Assembly (NCBI GenBank): GCA_964606195.1
Contig: CAZSIG010000001.1
Location: 1-29,194, forward strand
Direction: 5' to 3'
DNA length: 29,194 bases
Origin: an uncultured Anaerolineales bacterium
GTDB taxonomy: Bacteria; Chloroflexota; Anaerolineae; CAZSIG01
Shown here: in pieces, positions 9,548 to 18,373 of the stretch
Position numbering within the stretch: the stretch's first letter is position 1
How the letters are laid out: each line of letters starts with the position of its first letter
Translations under genes and position numbers: made by a program
Notes under the pieces: generated by a model
The model's input: only the letters and a program-made list of their open reading frames with translations
Told to the model about the DNA's origin: nothing
Databases searched by the model: none

Positions 9548-10207
9548 GTGAGTCAATTGACCGTCGCGTTGCCCAAGGGACGTCTTCTCAAACCAACCGC
9601 GGCGCTGTTTCGCGGTTTGGGATGGAGTTGTGATTTGGGTAACGGTTCGCGACAACTGTTCGTGTGTGAGACCAACCCCGCGGGTGAAGAACTCTGCTTT
9701 TTACTCGTCAAGCCGGGCGACGTGCCGACTTATGTAGAATATGGCGCGGCAGATTTGGGGATTGTGGGACAGGATACGTTGTGGGAGAGTGGGCGCGATG
9801 TGTATGAACCGGTGCAGTTGGGGTTTGGGTACTGCCGCTTAGTGCTGGCGGGAACGCCCGCGCAGCGCGACCGCAATCTACGGTTAGTGACCGGCTTGCG
9901 CGTGGCAACGAAGTATCCGCGCCTGGCGCGGGCTTATTTTAGAGATTGTGGATTGCCTGTCGAGACTATCCCCCTGACCGGCTCCATCGAACTCGCGCCG
10001 CTGGTCGGGCTGGCGGATGTGCTGGTGGATATAGTGGAGAGCGGACGCACGCTGCGCGATAATGGGCTAATTGAGTTGGAAGAGATTTTGCGTTGTCAGG
10101 CAACCATCATCGTCAACCGCGTCGCTTATCGGCTGCACTTAGAGCGAATCCAGCGATTATTGGCTGGGGTGCAGGCGTGTAACGAGGAAACAAGTAAAAA
10201 ACAATAG
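9548..10207 (+). CDS. hisG: ATP phosphoribosyltransferase, short form
   Basis: VALPKGRL, DVPTYVEYGAADLGIVG, VATKYP, GSIELAP and DIVESGRTLRDNGL. GTG start after gaggagg. Confidence 0.97.
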   Translation: MSQLTVALPKGRLLKPTAALFRGLGWSCDLGNGSRQLFVCETNPAGEELCFLLVKPGDVPTYVEYGAADLGIVGQDTLWESGRDVYEPVQLGFGYCRLVLAGTPAQRDRNLRLVTGLRVATKYPRLARAYFRDCGLPVETIPLTGSIELAPLVGLADVLVDIVESGRTLRDNGLIELEEILRCQATIIVNRVAYRLHLERIQRLLAGVQACNEETSKKQ

Positions 10208-10250
10208 AATACGACTGAGGATCGCTGACTCATAACGACATTAAAAAGGA

Positions 10251-11714
10251 GTGAAGGCGCATACCGCGCCACAAATTTTTATGAAATTACCAAGAATTAT
10301 TCAAGGCGGCATGGGGGTTGCTATCTCCGATTGGCGGCTGGCTAAAGCCGTAGCGACGCGAGGATATGGGGGAGTTGTCTCCGGGACCGGAATAGCCCCA
10401 GTGCTGGCGGCGCGGTTGAGCGATGGGGATATCGGCGGGCACATGCGCCGAGCGTTAAGCCATTTCCCTTTTCAAGAATCGGTTCAGCGCGTTTTGGACA
10501 AATATTTTATCCCCGCCTCTCCTGAATCGCGAAAACCACAGCCGTCTTATAAACGTCCACCACTATGGACGCTCAACCCATCTAAAGCACTTAATGAGTT
10601 GACCGTCATCGCCAACTTCGCCGAAGTATTTTTAGCGAAGGAGGGACATCGGCACGCGGTAGGAATTAATCTATTAGAGAAGGTGCAGATGCCGATAATG
10701 GCTTCTCTTTACGGCGCGATGTTGGCAGGCGTAGATTTCGTGATTATTGGAGCGGGTATTCCCGGACAGATCCCTGATATTCTCGATAAGTTGGTCAATC
10801 ATCAGGCAGCTAGTTATCGCCTCGATATGCGGGGGGGCACACGCGGGGATGATTATCAGTTGCATTTCGATCCCCAAACAGTTTTTCCCGGTGTTATGGA
10901 GAAGCTTGGTCAACTGACGCGGCCTTATTTCATGCCTATCATCTCTTCGGTAGTATTAGCTAAAGCACTGATTAAGCGGACGGCGAATAAGATAGATGGG
11001 TTTGTCGTCGAAATGCCCTCCGCTGGAGGGCATAACGCACCTCCCCGCGGAGCGCTGCGCCTGAATCAGAAGGGTGAACCGCTCTATGGAAAAAAGGATG
11101 AGGTAGACCTGGACAAAATCAAGAAATTGAGACTGCCTTTTTGGCTAGGTGGAGGCTACGACAGCCCCGAAAAACTTCGACAAGCGCTATCCGCTGGCGC
11201 GGCAGGTATTCAGGTGGGCACCGCATTTGCCTGCTGCGTCGAATCAGCTCTGGATGAGGTTCTTAAAAACCGCGTTATCAAAAAAACGCTAGAACAAACG
11301 ATAATCGTGCATACCGATCCGACTATTTCCCCTACCGGCTATCCATTCAAGGTAGTCCAGTTAGAAAAAACGTTGTCAGAGCCGGAGGTTTACCAAGAGC
11401 GCCCCCGCGTGTGCGATATTGGCTTGCTGCGCCAACTCTACAAACAAGCAAATGGACAGATGGAATTCCGTTGCTCTGCCGAACCGGTGGCGCGGTATTT
11501 GGCAAAAGGGGGAAAATTGGAAGATACTGTTGGGAAAAGCTGTCTGTGCAATAATCTACTCGCCAGCGCAGGGTATCCGCAGCGGCGCGCAGATGGTTAT
11601 ATCGAACCCCCGTTGGTCACTGCCGGAGATGGACTCGCAACGATTGTCAGATTTATTAAGCCCGGCTGTCACAGCTACACAGTTCAAGACGTGTTGGATT
11701 ATCTAACCGAGTAG
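10251..11714 (+). CDS. Nitronate monooxygenase family (FMN-dependent) protein, long Cys-rich variant
   Basis: IIQGGMG, GAGIP, AGGHNA and GIQVGTAF motifs. The true start may be ATG 10281. Confidence 0.85.
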   Translation: MKAHTAPQIFMKLPRIIQGGMGVAISDWRLAKAVATRGYGGVVSGTGIAPVLAARLSDGDIGGHMRRALSHFPFQESVQRVLDKYFIPASPESRKPQPSYKRPPLWTLNPSKALNELTVIANFAEVFLAKEGHRHAVGINLLEKVQMPIMASLYGAMLAGVDFVIIGAGIPGQIPDILDKLVNHQAASYRLDMRGGTRGDDYQLHFDPQTVFPGVMEKLGQLTRPYFMPIISSVVLAKALIKRTANKIDGFVVEMPSAGGHNAPPRGALRLNQKGEPLYGKKDEVDLDKIKKLRLPFWLGGGYDSPEKLRQALSAGAAGIQVGTAFACCVESALDEVLKNRVIKKTLEQTIIVHTDPTISPTGYPFKVVQLEKTLSEPEVYQERPRVCDIGLLRQLYKQANGQMEFRCSAEPVARYLAKGGKLEDTVGKSCLCNNLLASAGYPQRRADGYIEPPLVTAGDGLATIVRFIKPGCHSYTVQDVLDYLTE

Positions 11715-11746
11715 AGATCTGATTAGAAGGTATCAGGAGATATTAA

Positions 11747-13078
11747 ATGACTATTCGTATCATAAATGATTTATCAGCAGCGCAGGCACATATTGCGCGG
11801 CTGCGAGCTGTGGGGGAAATCGAACTGCCGAAGAGCGTTAAGGCGCGCTTGCGCGCGGTGTTCGGGCGCGATATTGCCGCGCCGGAGGCAGTGGCGCAAA
11901 TCGTGAAAGATGTACGGCGCGGCAGTGATGATGCCTTGCGCGATTACACCCAGCGTATTGAGAGAGTTACCCTTGAGCAATTTTCCGTCGGCGCAGATAC
12001 TATCGCGGCAGCTTATGAGGCGATGCCCGCCGAACTGCGCGACGCGTTGCACATCGCGGCTGACCGGATTCGCGCCTTCCACGAGCGCGAGCCGCGCCAG
12101 TCGTGGATAGATTGGGATGACGAGGGGGGCGCGCTGGGGCAGAAGATTCATCCGATTCAGCGCGCGGGTATCTACGCGCCGGGCGGCACTGCGGCTTATC
12201 CCTCATCGCTGCTTATGGCAGCGGTGCCCGCGCAGGTCGCGGGCGTCGCGGAGATTGTCGTCACTACGCCACCGGGACCGCAAGGCACCGGCGCGGCGTC
12301 AGTTTTGGCGGCGGCGTACGTCGTCGGATTGGAGCGCGTGTTCCTGTTAGGGGGCGCGCAGGCGGTCGCCGCGCTCGCTTATGGTACGGAGAGTGTGCCG
12401 CGGGTGGACAAAATCTTCGGCGCGGGCGGGCTGTTCGTCACGCTGGCGAAGAAGCAGGTTTATGGCGATGTGGGGATTGACGGGTTGTATGGTCCCACGG
12501 AAACATTACTGATTGCCGATGATACCGCGAACCCCGCGCTCGCTGCCGCTGACCTGTTGGCACAGTCGGAGCATGACCCGCTGGCGACCGCGCTGTTGAT
12601 TACACCATCGGCGAAGCTGGCGGAGGCAGTGCGCGCAGAGGTAGAGTGTCAGATGGCTAAGCTGGAGCGGCGCGAGATTATCGCAGAATCGTTGGCGGGG
12701 CAGGGCGCGATAATGATAGTCAGTGATATGGAAGAAGCGTTGATGCTCGCTAATGAATACGCGCCGGAGCATCTGTGCTTGTTGGTCGCGGAGCCCTGGT
12801 CGCTGGTGGGCGAGGTGCGCAACGCGGGCGGGATATTCGTCGGCGAGGCGTCGTCGGAGGCGTTGGGGGATTACGTCGTGGGACCGAGCCACGTCATGCC
12901 AACGAGCGGCACGGCGCGGTTTGCCTCACCGCTTCATGTGCGCGATTTCCTCAAGGTGACGAGCATATTTGCGCCCGGCGCGACGGCGGCTAAGAGATTG
13001 GCGGCGACCGCGCAGACTATCGCATGTGCAGAGGGGTTTACGGCGCACGCCGCGGCGGTGGCGGGGCGCGGGGAGTAA
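11747..13078 (+). CDS. hisD: Histidinol dehydrogenase
   Basis: GIYAPGG, YPSSLLM, DLLAQSEHD, APEHL and GDYVVGPSHVMPT. Confidence 0.97.
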   Translation: MTIRIINDLSAAQAHIARLRAVGEIELPKSVKARLRAVFGRDIAAPEAVAQIVKDVRRGSDDALRDYTQRIERVTLEQFSVGADTIAAAYEAMPAELRDALHIAADRIRAFHEREPRQSWIDWDDEGGALGQKIHPIQRAGIYAPGGTAAYPSSLLMAAVPAQVAGVAEIVVTTPPGPQGTGAASVLAAAYVVGLERVFLLGGAQAVAALAYGTESVPRVDKIFGAGGLFVTLAKKQVYGDVGIDGLYGPTETLLIADDTANPALAAADLLAQSEHDPLATALLITPSAKLAEAVRAEVECQMAKLERREIIAESLAGQGAIMIVSDMEEALMLANEYAPEHLCLLVAEPWSLVGEVRNAGGIFVGEASSEALGDYVVGPSHVMPTSGTARFASPLHVRDFLKVTSIFAPGATAAKRLAATAQTIACAEGFTAHAAAVAGRGE

Positions 13079-13080
13079 CG

Positions 13081-13308
13081 ATGATTTGTGATATTTGTGG
13101 TCGAGAAGGTGCCCGTGTTAGGTATGTAACGCGCAGTTACGGTAAAGGCGAAGATTTGCTTGTGGTTGAGAATGTTCCAGTTATCAGTTGTCCGCATTGT
13201 GGAGAAAGTTATCTGACTGCCGAGACTTTACATGAAATTGAACGCATTAAGCTGCATCGAAATAGTTTTGCTCAGGAACGTCCTGTGCCTGTGGCAGTTT
13301 TTGCTTAG
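13081..13308 (+). CDS. YgiT-type zinc finger protein (MqsA-like N-terminal domain)
   Basis: CDIC…ENVPVISCPHCGESY. ATG at 13081, 5 nt after GGAG. The ORF-track start at 13024 overlaps hisD and is unlikely. Confidence 0.85.
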   Translation: MICDICGREGARVRYVTRSYGKGEDLLVVENVPVISCPHCGESYLTAETLHEIERIKLHRNSFAQERPVPVAVFA

Positions 13309-13339
13309 TTTTTAGCAGCGCATACGCGAATTTCGCAAG

Positions 13340-13528
13340 ATGATAGAAACAAAACTACCCGAAAACTCTCCGAAAAGATTTCGCGCCGATTGTCCTTGTC
13401 CCAAGAAGAAATGCCCGCGACATGGATATTGCGATGAATGTGAGGAATATCACGCCGCGAAGGGGAATCTTCCCTATTGCGTTAGGGAGAAAACGATATG
13501 GGACAAATTGATGAGGCTTTTTAGCTAG
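13340..13528 (+). CDS. Small Cys/His-rich protein (possible metal-binding; DUF6485-like)
   Basis: CPCPKKKCPRHGYCDECEEYH…LPYC pattern, 62 aa. Confidence 0.65.
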   Translation: MIETKLPENSPKRFRADCPCPKKKCPRHGYCDECEEYHAAKGNLPYCVREKTIWDKLMRLFS

Positions 13529-13749
13529 GGCTTTCTCAAAGTACAAACCGCGTGGTCAAAACCGCTAGTAAGCTCTAGCCCAAGATGTCATGCTGAGCCC
13601 CCGTGCGGGGATAAACTACGCGAAGCATCTCGTTTTCGCTATAATTATTACCTGATGATTAGAACCACCAAAATTAATGGGAGAACGAGACCCTTCGCGG
13701 CGCTCAGGGTGACATATTATTCCAACCACGCGACTTTGAGAAAGCCTTA
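13526..13749. mobile_element. MITE (224 bp) with 17-bp TIRs and a perfect 9-bp target duplication
   Basis: TIRs tagggctttctcaaagt / actttgagaaagcctta (16/17). TSD ctttttagc at 13517-13525 and 13750-13758. Confidence 0.9.
13585..13717 (-). repeat. Solo copy (reverse orientation) of the GIY-YIG-flanking palindrome family
   Basis: atgtcatgctgagc…gcgaagcatctcgttt and aacgagacccttcgcggcgctcagggtgacatat match the reverse complement of the 7998-8118 arms. The loop differs. Confidence 0.9.
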
Positions 13750-13797
13750 CTTTTTAGCTGAAGCGTTGAACTATTGCGAGCTTGAGGGATAACAGGA

Positions 13798-14322
13798 ATG
13801 ATTATTGAAACAACCTGCGGTATGATTCGACATTGGTGCGAAGGAGATATTACCGCGCTGGCGAAGTATGCCAATAATCGCGCCATTTGGTGCAATCTGC
13901 GCGACCTCTTTCCGCATCCGTATACCGAAGACGATGCACGGGACTTTATAGAAATTGCGGGCAAGCAAGACTCAACGACCTTATTCGCCATCGCGACGCC
14001 TGAAGAGGCTATCGGTGGGATTGGGATTAGCCTCGGCAGCGACGTGCATCGCTTGACCTCGGAGCTGGGGTACTGGCTGGGCGAACCGTACTGGGGTAAG
14101 GGAATTATGACGGAAACGGTGCGTAAATTTACCGATTACGTCTTCGAGCATTTCAACTTGGTGCGGGTATACGCGGAGCCGTATGCCTATAACGCGGCAT
14201 CGGCGCGCGTGTTGGAGAAAGCGGGATTTGTGTTTGAGGGGAGACTGAGATGTAGTGTGATAAAGGAGGGTAAAATTACTGACCAATTATTGTACGCGAA
14301 GATAAAACTCGATAATTGCTAG
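13798..14322 (+). CDS. GNAT family N-acetyltransferase (RimJ/RimL-like)
   Basis: ELGYWLGEPYWGKGIMTE and NAASARVLEKAGFVFEG. Confidence 0.93.
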   Translation: MIIETTCGMIRHWCEGDITALAKYANNRAIWCNLRDLFPHPYTEDDARDFIEIAGKQDSTTLFAIATPEEAIGGIGISLGSDVHRLTSELGYWLGEPYWGKGIMTETVRKFTDYVFEHFNLVRVYAEPYAYNAASARVLEKAGFVFEGRLRCSVIKEGKITDQLLYAKIKLDNC

Positions 14323-14412
14323 TCTTACCGCGGGGTCTCGCAACGGCGCGTGATCTACGTCATAGAAGCTATATTGTAGAACGTATTATCACGAAGAACA
14401 AGGAGGAGAATT

Positions 14413-16185
14413 ATGTATATTAACGGTAAGTTTAAGTTTGTAGACAGAAAGGTAATTATTCGCTTGCGAGATAGAGTATGCGAGACCCCTGAAGAGTTTC
14501 TCTCAAGTGGTTTGTTTCGCGAGGTTGTCACTCGCTATGTCAACGATTTGAAACGGAGAAACGCGCCGATTCTGGAGGTATTTGATAAACCGACTCAGGA
14601 AATCGATGAGACGGACATCGACGCGGTGATTCAGGTGTTTCAGTTGCTGAGCAAGATGACGATAGATGTTGTGCCCAAACTGCTGGAAGATTCCGCGCGC
14701 TTCGTGCGAGACCCATTGCTCTTGCATATGTTTGTGGAACGGTTGTACAATTACTGGCGCGAATTCGAACGCTTTATCGTGTGCGATTCGGAGGGTGATC
14801 GCTTAGACCAACGCCCGTACCGTACATTTAACTCGACGATTGAGTCGCTGACGCATCTGGCGCGCAAGGTGTACCGCGACGTACAGGAGAACATCACCGG
14901 CAAACACCCGAATATCTATCGGCAAACGCAAGCTGGCGCGGAGGTCGCGGTAATCGCCTTGCCCAAGAACATCCCGCCGCTTAATGGGACGTACCAACAA
15001 CTCAAGGAGATTCCACTTATTCGCCAGGTTTTGCTAACTCCTCCGCTGCTCCTCAATCCGCCGATGAATAAACGCACCGGTATGTTTCAGAAGGTGGCGC
15101 GAAATCCTTTAGAGGCGGTAGAATTGGACAAGAATGAGTGGCTGTGTTATCCGGCAAAAGTCGGACCGCTGCTGATTCTGGTGTATATTCACGAAAAATT
15201 CTTTGAGCTAGGGTTTTCTCTATGCAACCTGTTCGAACTCGCGGACGACGAGAGTTTAGACCAGCCTGCCGACGCGGTTTATCTGTTTGGCGTGCAAGGG
15301 ACTGCTCTTGATGAAATGGCGAGTCTGCCAACGGTATTTTATGACGATGCCGCCAACGACATGCTAATCGGCGCGGTTCCCGGGCGAAACGAATTCGGCT
15401 ATTTCGGCTATCTCAAGAAGATGATTCTGACGCTCCATAACATCAAGATGATGAAATTGGGCAGAATGCCCTATCACGGCGCGATGGTCAGAATCCTGTT
15501 AAAGGGCGAAAAAACGGTGACACTTTTACTCATTGGCGATACCGGCGCGGGCAAATCTGAGTCGCTGGAAGCCTTTAGAATCATCGGCGATGAACATATT
15601 GAGGAGATGACTATCATCGCGGATGATATGGGGTCGCTGGGTATCGATGAAGAGGGTAATGTCATCGGCTACGGCACGGAGGTTGGAGCATTCGTGCGCC
15701 TGGATGATTTGCAGCCCGGTTACGCGTTCGGGCAGCTCGATCGGACGATTATTATGAGCCCGAACCAGGTCAATGCGCGCGTGGTGTTACCAGTGACGCA
15801 GTATGATGATGTGGTAAAGGGATATCCGGTGGACATCATTTTATACGCGAACAATTATCAAGATGTCAATGATGACCACCCGATTATCGACCGTCTGCCT
15901 GACCCCGAAGCCGCGCTGGAGGTGTTTCGCGACGGCGCAGCGATGAGCAAAGGGACGACGACCTCGACGGGATTGGTACATACCTACTTTGTAAATACTT
16001 TTGGCGCGGTGCAATACAAATCCCTACATGAGGAAATCGCGCAGCGCTATTTCGAGGCGTTCTTCGCGCGCGGTCTCTTCGTCGGACAACTGCGCACGCG
16101 GCTCGGTATCGCTGGCTGGGAGCGCGAGGGACCGGAAGAGGCGGCGCGGGCACTATTAGCGATGTGCTATGAGTCCCCCGAATGA
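14413..16185 (+). CDS. Divergent phosphoenolpyruvate carboxykinase-like protein (PEPCK/HPr-kinase superfamily)
   Basis: YFGYLKK, HGA, Walker A GDTGAGKSE and IADD in the same order as the ATP-PEPCK active-site motifs. RBS aggaggag. Confidence 0.65.
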   Translation: MYINGKFKFVDRKVIIRLRDRVCETPEEFLSSGLFREVVTRYVNDLKRRNAPILEVFDKPTQEIDETDIDAVIQVFQLLSKMTIDVVPKLLEDSARFVRDPLLLHMFVERLYNYWREFERFIVCDSEGDRLDQRPYRTFNSTIESLTHLARKVYRDVQENITGKHPNIYRQTQAGAEVAVIALPKNIPPLNGTYQQLKEIPLIRQVLLTPPLLLNPPMNKRTGMFQKVARNPLEAVELDKNEWLCYPAKVGPLLILVYIHEKFFELGFSLCNLFELADDESLDQPADAVYLFGVQGTALDEMASLPTVFYDDAANDMLIGAVPGRNEFGYFGYLKKMILTLHNIKMMKLGRMPYHGAMVRILLKGEKTVTLLLIGDTGAGKSESLEAFRIIGDEHIEEMTIIADDMGSLGIDEEGNVIGYGTEVGAFVRLDDLQPGYAFGQLDRTIIMSPNQVNARVVLPVTQYDDVVKGYPVDIILYANNYQDVNDDHPIIDRLPDPEAALEVFRDGAAMSKGTTTSTGLVHTYFVNTFGAVQYKSLHEEIAQRYFEAFFARGLFVGQLRTRLGIAGWEREGPEEAARALLAMCYESPE

Positions 16186-16190
16186 ATTCA

Positions 16191-16285
16191 GGGGCTGCTA
16201 CCAAAAGCCCGCTAAAGCGTGCTGCATCAAAAATCCGCTCCATTCGTTTAATCCGCTGACTTTTTCACCTTTTTTCAGTAGCCCC
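16191..16285. mobile_element. Short degenerate MITE-like element
   Basis: Ends ggggctgctaccaaaag / ctttttcagtagcccc are imperfect inverted repeats. The interior has aatccgc…aatccgc repeats. No TSD found. Confidence 0.4.
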
Positions 16286-16328
16286 ACTCTATAAATTCAT
16301 TCACTAACCATAAGGAGGTTGTAGGAAG

Positions 16329-18179
16329 ATGAAAATACTTAGGTTTTGTTCACTCGTTCTCGCCACCGCGGTTGTAGTTGCTACGCTATCACTATCCAAC
16401 AGTTCCCCCACACTAGGGCAACAACCCGCGCCGCTGAGCACGCAGCCAATCACTGACAAAGAATTAGTACGCAACGGTGATTTCGCCCAATACGATAGCT
16501 ATAACAAACCTAACGGGTGGATTGTGGCAGAGGGAACTGGCAGTGCTGTCAACGTTTCTGCGGGGCAAGATGGCGGTCCCGTGATGTCGATGGAAGCGAT
16601 TATGGAGACGCAAGCATCGCTCTATCAAGAACTGCGACTCCCCTCACAGACGACGAGCGCCGCGTTGGTTTTCGATTACCGTTTGTTGCTACCCGATTAT
16701 CCCGCTGGCGGCGCGGCGCAGTTTTATGCCCAGGTTGAGACGACCAGCGGCCTAATCGCGAACCTCCTGACCACCCCCGTGGTCAACTCTGATACCGGCT
16801 GGCAAAGCTTCAATAGCTCCCTCGATAGCGCGGTGGTGGCACAGATTCAATCCGCCCACGCCGCGGGACAAGCGGTGTACCTCACTTTTTACCTGCTTCA
16901 GAACCCCGCGAACTCTATGAAGGCTTACCTCGATAACGTCTCTTTTCGCGTCAGCGGCAGTATGAACTATCCCACCTTGAGCGGCAGCATCGCGTACGTC
17001 GGCTTTGATGAGCATGGCTATCCTAAAACGGTCAAGCGCATCGACCCCGATGGCAGCAACCACCAAACTCTATGGACGCATCCCAGCACGATTCCCAGCA
17101 CCAACGCGATCTATGATGTGGCATGGAAGCCGAACGCCGGTGAAATCGCGTTCAGCAGTAACCATGAGTCCATATATTCCGCGTTTCACTCCGATGTCTA
17201 CGGCATTAAGCCGGACGGCAGCGGTCTGCGCCGCATCACCAATCCCCCCGCCAAATCGGAAATCGATGCCGGCGGCTATCAAATGGGCACAGTGTCGGGC
17301 ATAATACACAATAACTACGGCAATGTCATCACTTTTCTCCTGTATATCGAGGGCGCACAAGATGCCATCGCGGTGGATATTGGCAATTTTAACGACCAGG
17401 TCAATTTTACCGTTCCCAATGTGGCAGATTTAGGCGCGGGATTTCACTACGCGGTTTTTACCTGGTCTGACGGCAGCAATGCCAACTGCAAAGAGTATGC
17501 CGCCGCGGTCGTAAATGTTATCCCCGGACAAACAGTAGACGCAGGTACACTTACCTTCGGCGGCACATGCGGTACATACGAGAGCACCAGCATTTCCTGG
17601 AAACGCGACGGTTCTTATGTGGGTGTCGATGTGATCGCGCCGCGCAAATTTCTCGCTACAGGCGAAGCGCTCGGCTCTGACCTCTTCACCGCGCCCCTCA
17701 CCGCCGACGAGTTAGCGTGGTCGCCGGTAGATGACCGCATTCTTTACCGCAACCTGCTCGTCAGTGGTGACAAGGGTATCTATCTAACCACGGAAAACGG
17801 CGGCACAGGCACCTGGCTAGTTGACGAGGGATACGCGGTGTGGGTCACGCCCGCGTGGCTGCCTGACGGCTCAGGTTTTATCTACACCATAGACCATCAA
17901 ATTCGCCATTACAACCTCGCGAATAACCAAGATACCCTCCTCGCGAATTTTTATAATGAATACGTTTTTAACCCCAGCGTGTCACCGAATGGCGGATACG
18001 TGGTATTCGAGTGGCAGACCAACGCGAACCCAGTGCAAAAAGACCTCTGGATTATGGATCGCAGCAATCCGGTAGAGATGTGGGCACTGACCACCGATGG
18101 CAAGAGCACCGACCCCGATTGGAGCCACCAAACCGCGCCGTCTAGTTACAAAGTCTATCTGCCCGCGATATTGAAATAG
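16329..18179 (+). CDS. Secreted protein: signal peptide, CBM-like beta-sandwich, TolB/PD40-type beta-propeller, C-terminal VYLPAILK motif
   Basis: Hydrophobic N-terminus (MKILRFCSLVLATAVVVATL), LVRNGDF, YLDNVS, repeated W[SK]P[DN]G-like blades and terminal YLPAILK. Confidence 0.8.
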   Translation: MKILRFCSLVLATAVVVATLSLSNSSPTLGQQPAPLSTQPITDKELVRNGDFAQYDSYNKPNGWIVAEGTGSAVNVSAGQDGGPVMSMEAIMETQASLYQELRLPSQTTSAALVFDYRLLLPDYPAGGAAQFYAQVETTSGLIANLLTTPVVNSDTGWQSFNSSLDSAVVAQIQSAHAAGQAVYLTFYLLQNPANSMKAYLDNVSFRVSGSMNYPTLSGSIAYVGFDEHGYPKTVKRIDPDGSNHQTLWTHPSTIPSTNAIYDVAWKPNAGEIAFSSNHESIYSAFHSDVYGIKPDGSGLRRITNPPAKSEIDAGGYQMGTVSGIIHNNYGNVITFLLYIEGAQDAIAVDIGNFNDQVNFTVPNVADLGAGFHYAVFTWSDGSNANCKEYAAAVVNVIPGQTVDAGTLTFGGTCGTYESTSISWKRDGSYVGVDVIAPRKFLATGEALGSDLFTAPLTADELAWSPVDDRILYRNLLVSGDKGIYLTTENGGTGTWLVDEGYAVWVTPAWLPDGSGFIYTIDHQIRHYNLANNQDTLLANFYNEYVFNPSVSPNGGYVVFEWQTNANPVQKDLWIMDRSNPVEMWALTTDGKSTDPDWSHQTAPSSYKVYLPAILK

Positions 18180-18183
18180 CGGA

Positions 18184-18257
18184 CGGCGTTATAGGGATAA
18201 CGCCCTAACTAGGACTTTCTCATTGTCGCGGGGCGGCGTTATAGGGATAACGCCCTA
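18184..18257. repeat. Two identical 24-bp REP-like palindromes
   Basis: cggcgttatagggataacgcccta at 18184-18207 and 18234-18257 (stem ggcgttat/ataacgcc). Confidence 0.85.
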
Positions 18258-18280
18258 GCACCGCGTACTATAGACGCAGT

Positions 18281-18350
18281 CCCTATTGTCGCGTACCACA
18301 GAGCGCAATCCCTATTGTCGCGTATCACAGGGCGCAATCCCAATTGCGCC
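18281..18350 (+). repeat. 29-bp tandem repeat (2 full copies plus partial copies)
   Basis: ccctattgtcgcgtaccacagagcgcaat / ccctattgtcgcgtatcacagggcgcaat / cccaattgcgcc. Confidence 0.8.
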
Positions 18351-18373
18351 AATCATAAGGAGAACATCACCCG

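Noticed and set aside
18184-18350. CRISPR-like array
   Set aside because: Only two 24-bp repeats with one spacer. The 29-bp units are contiguous with no spacers. No cas genes.
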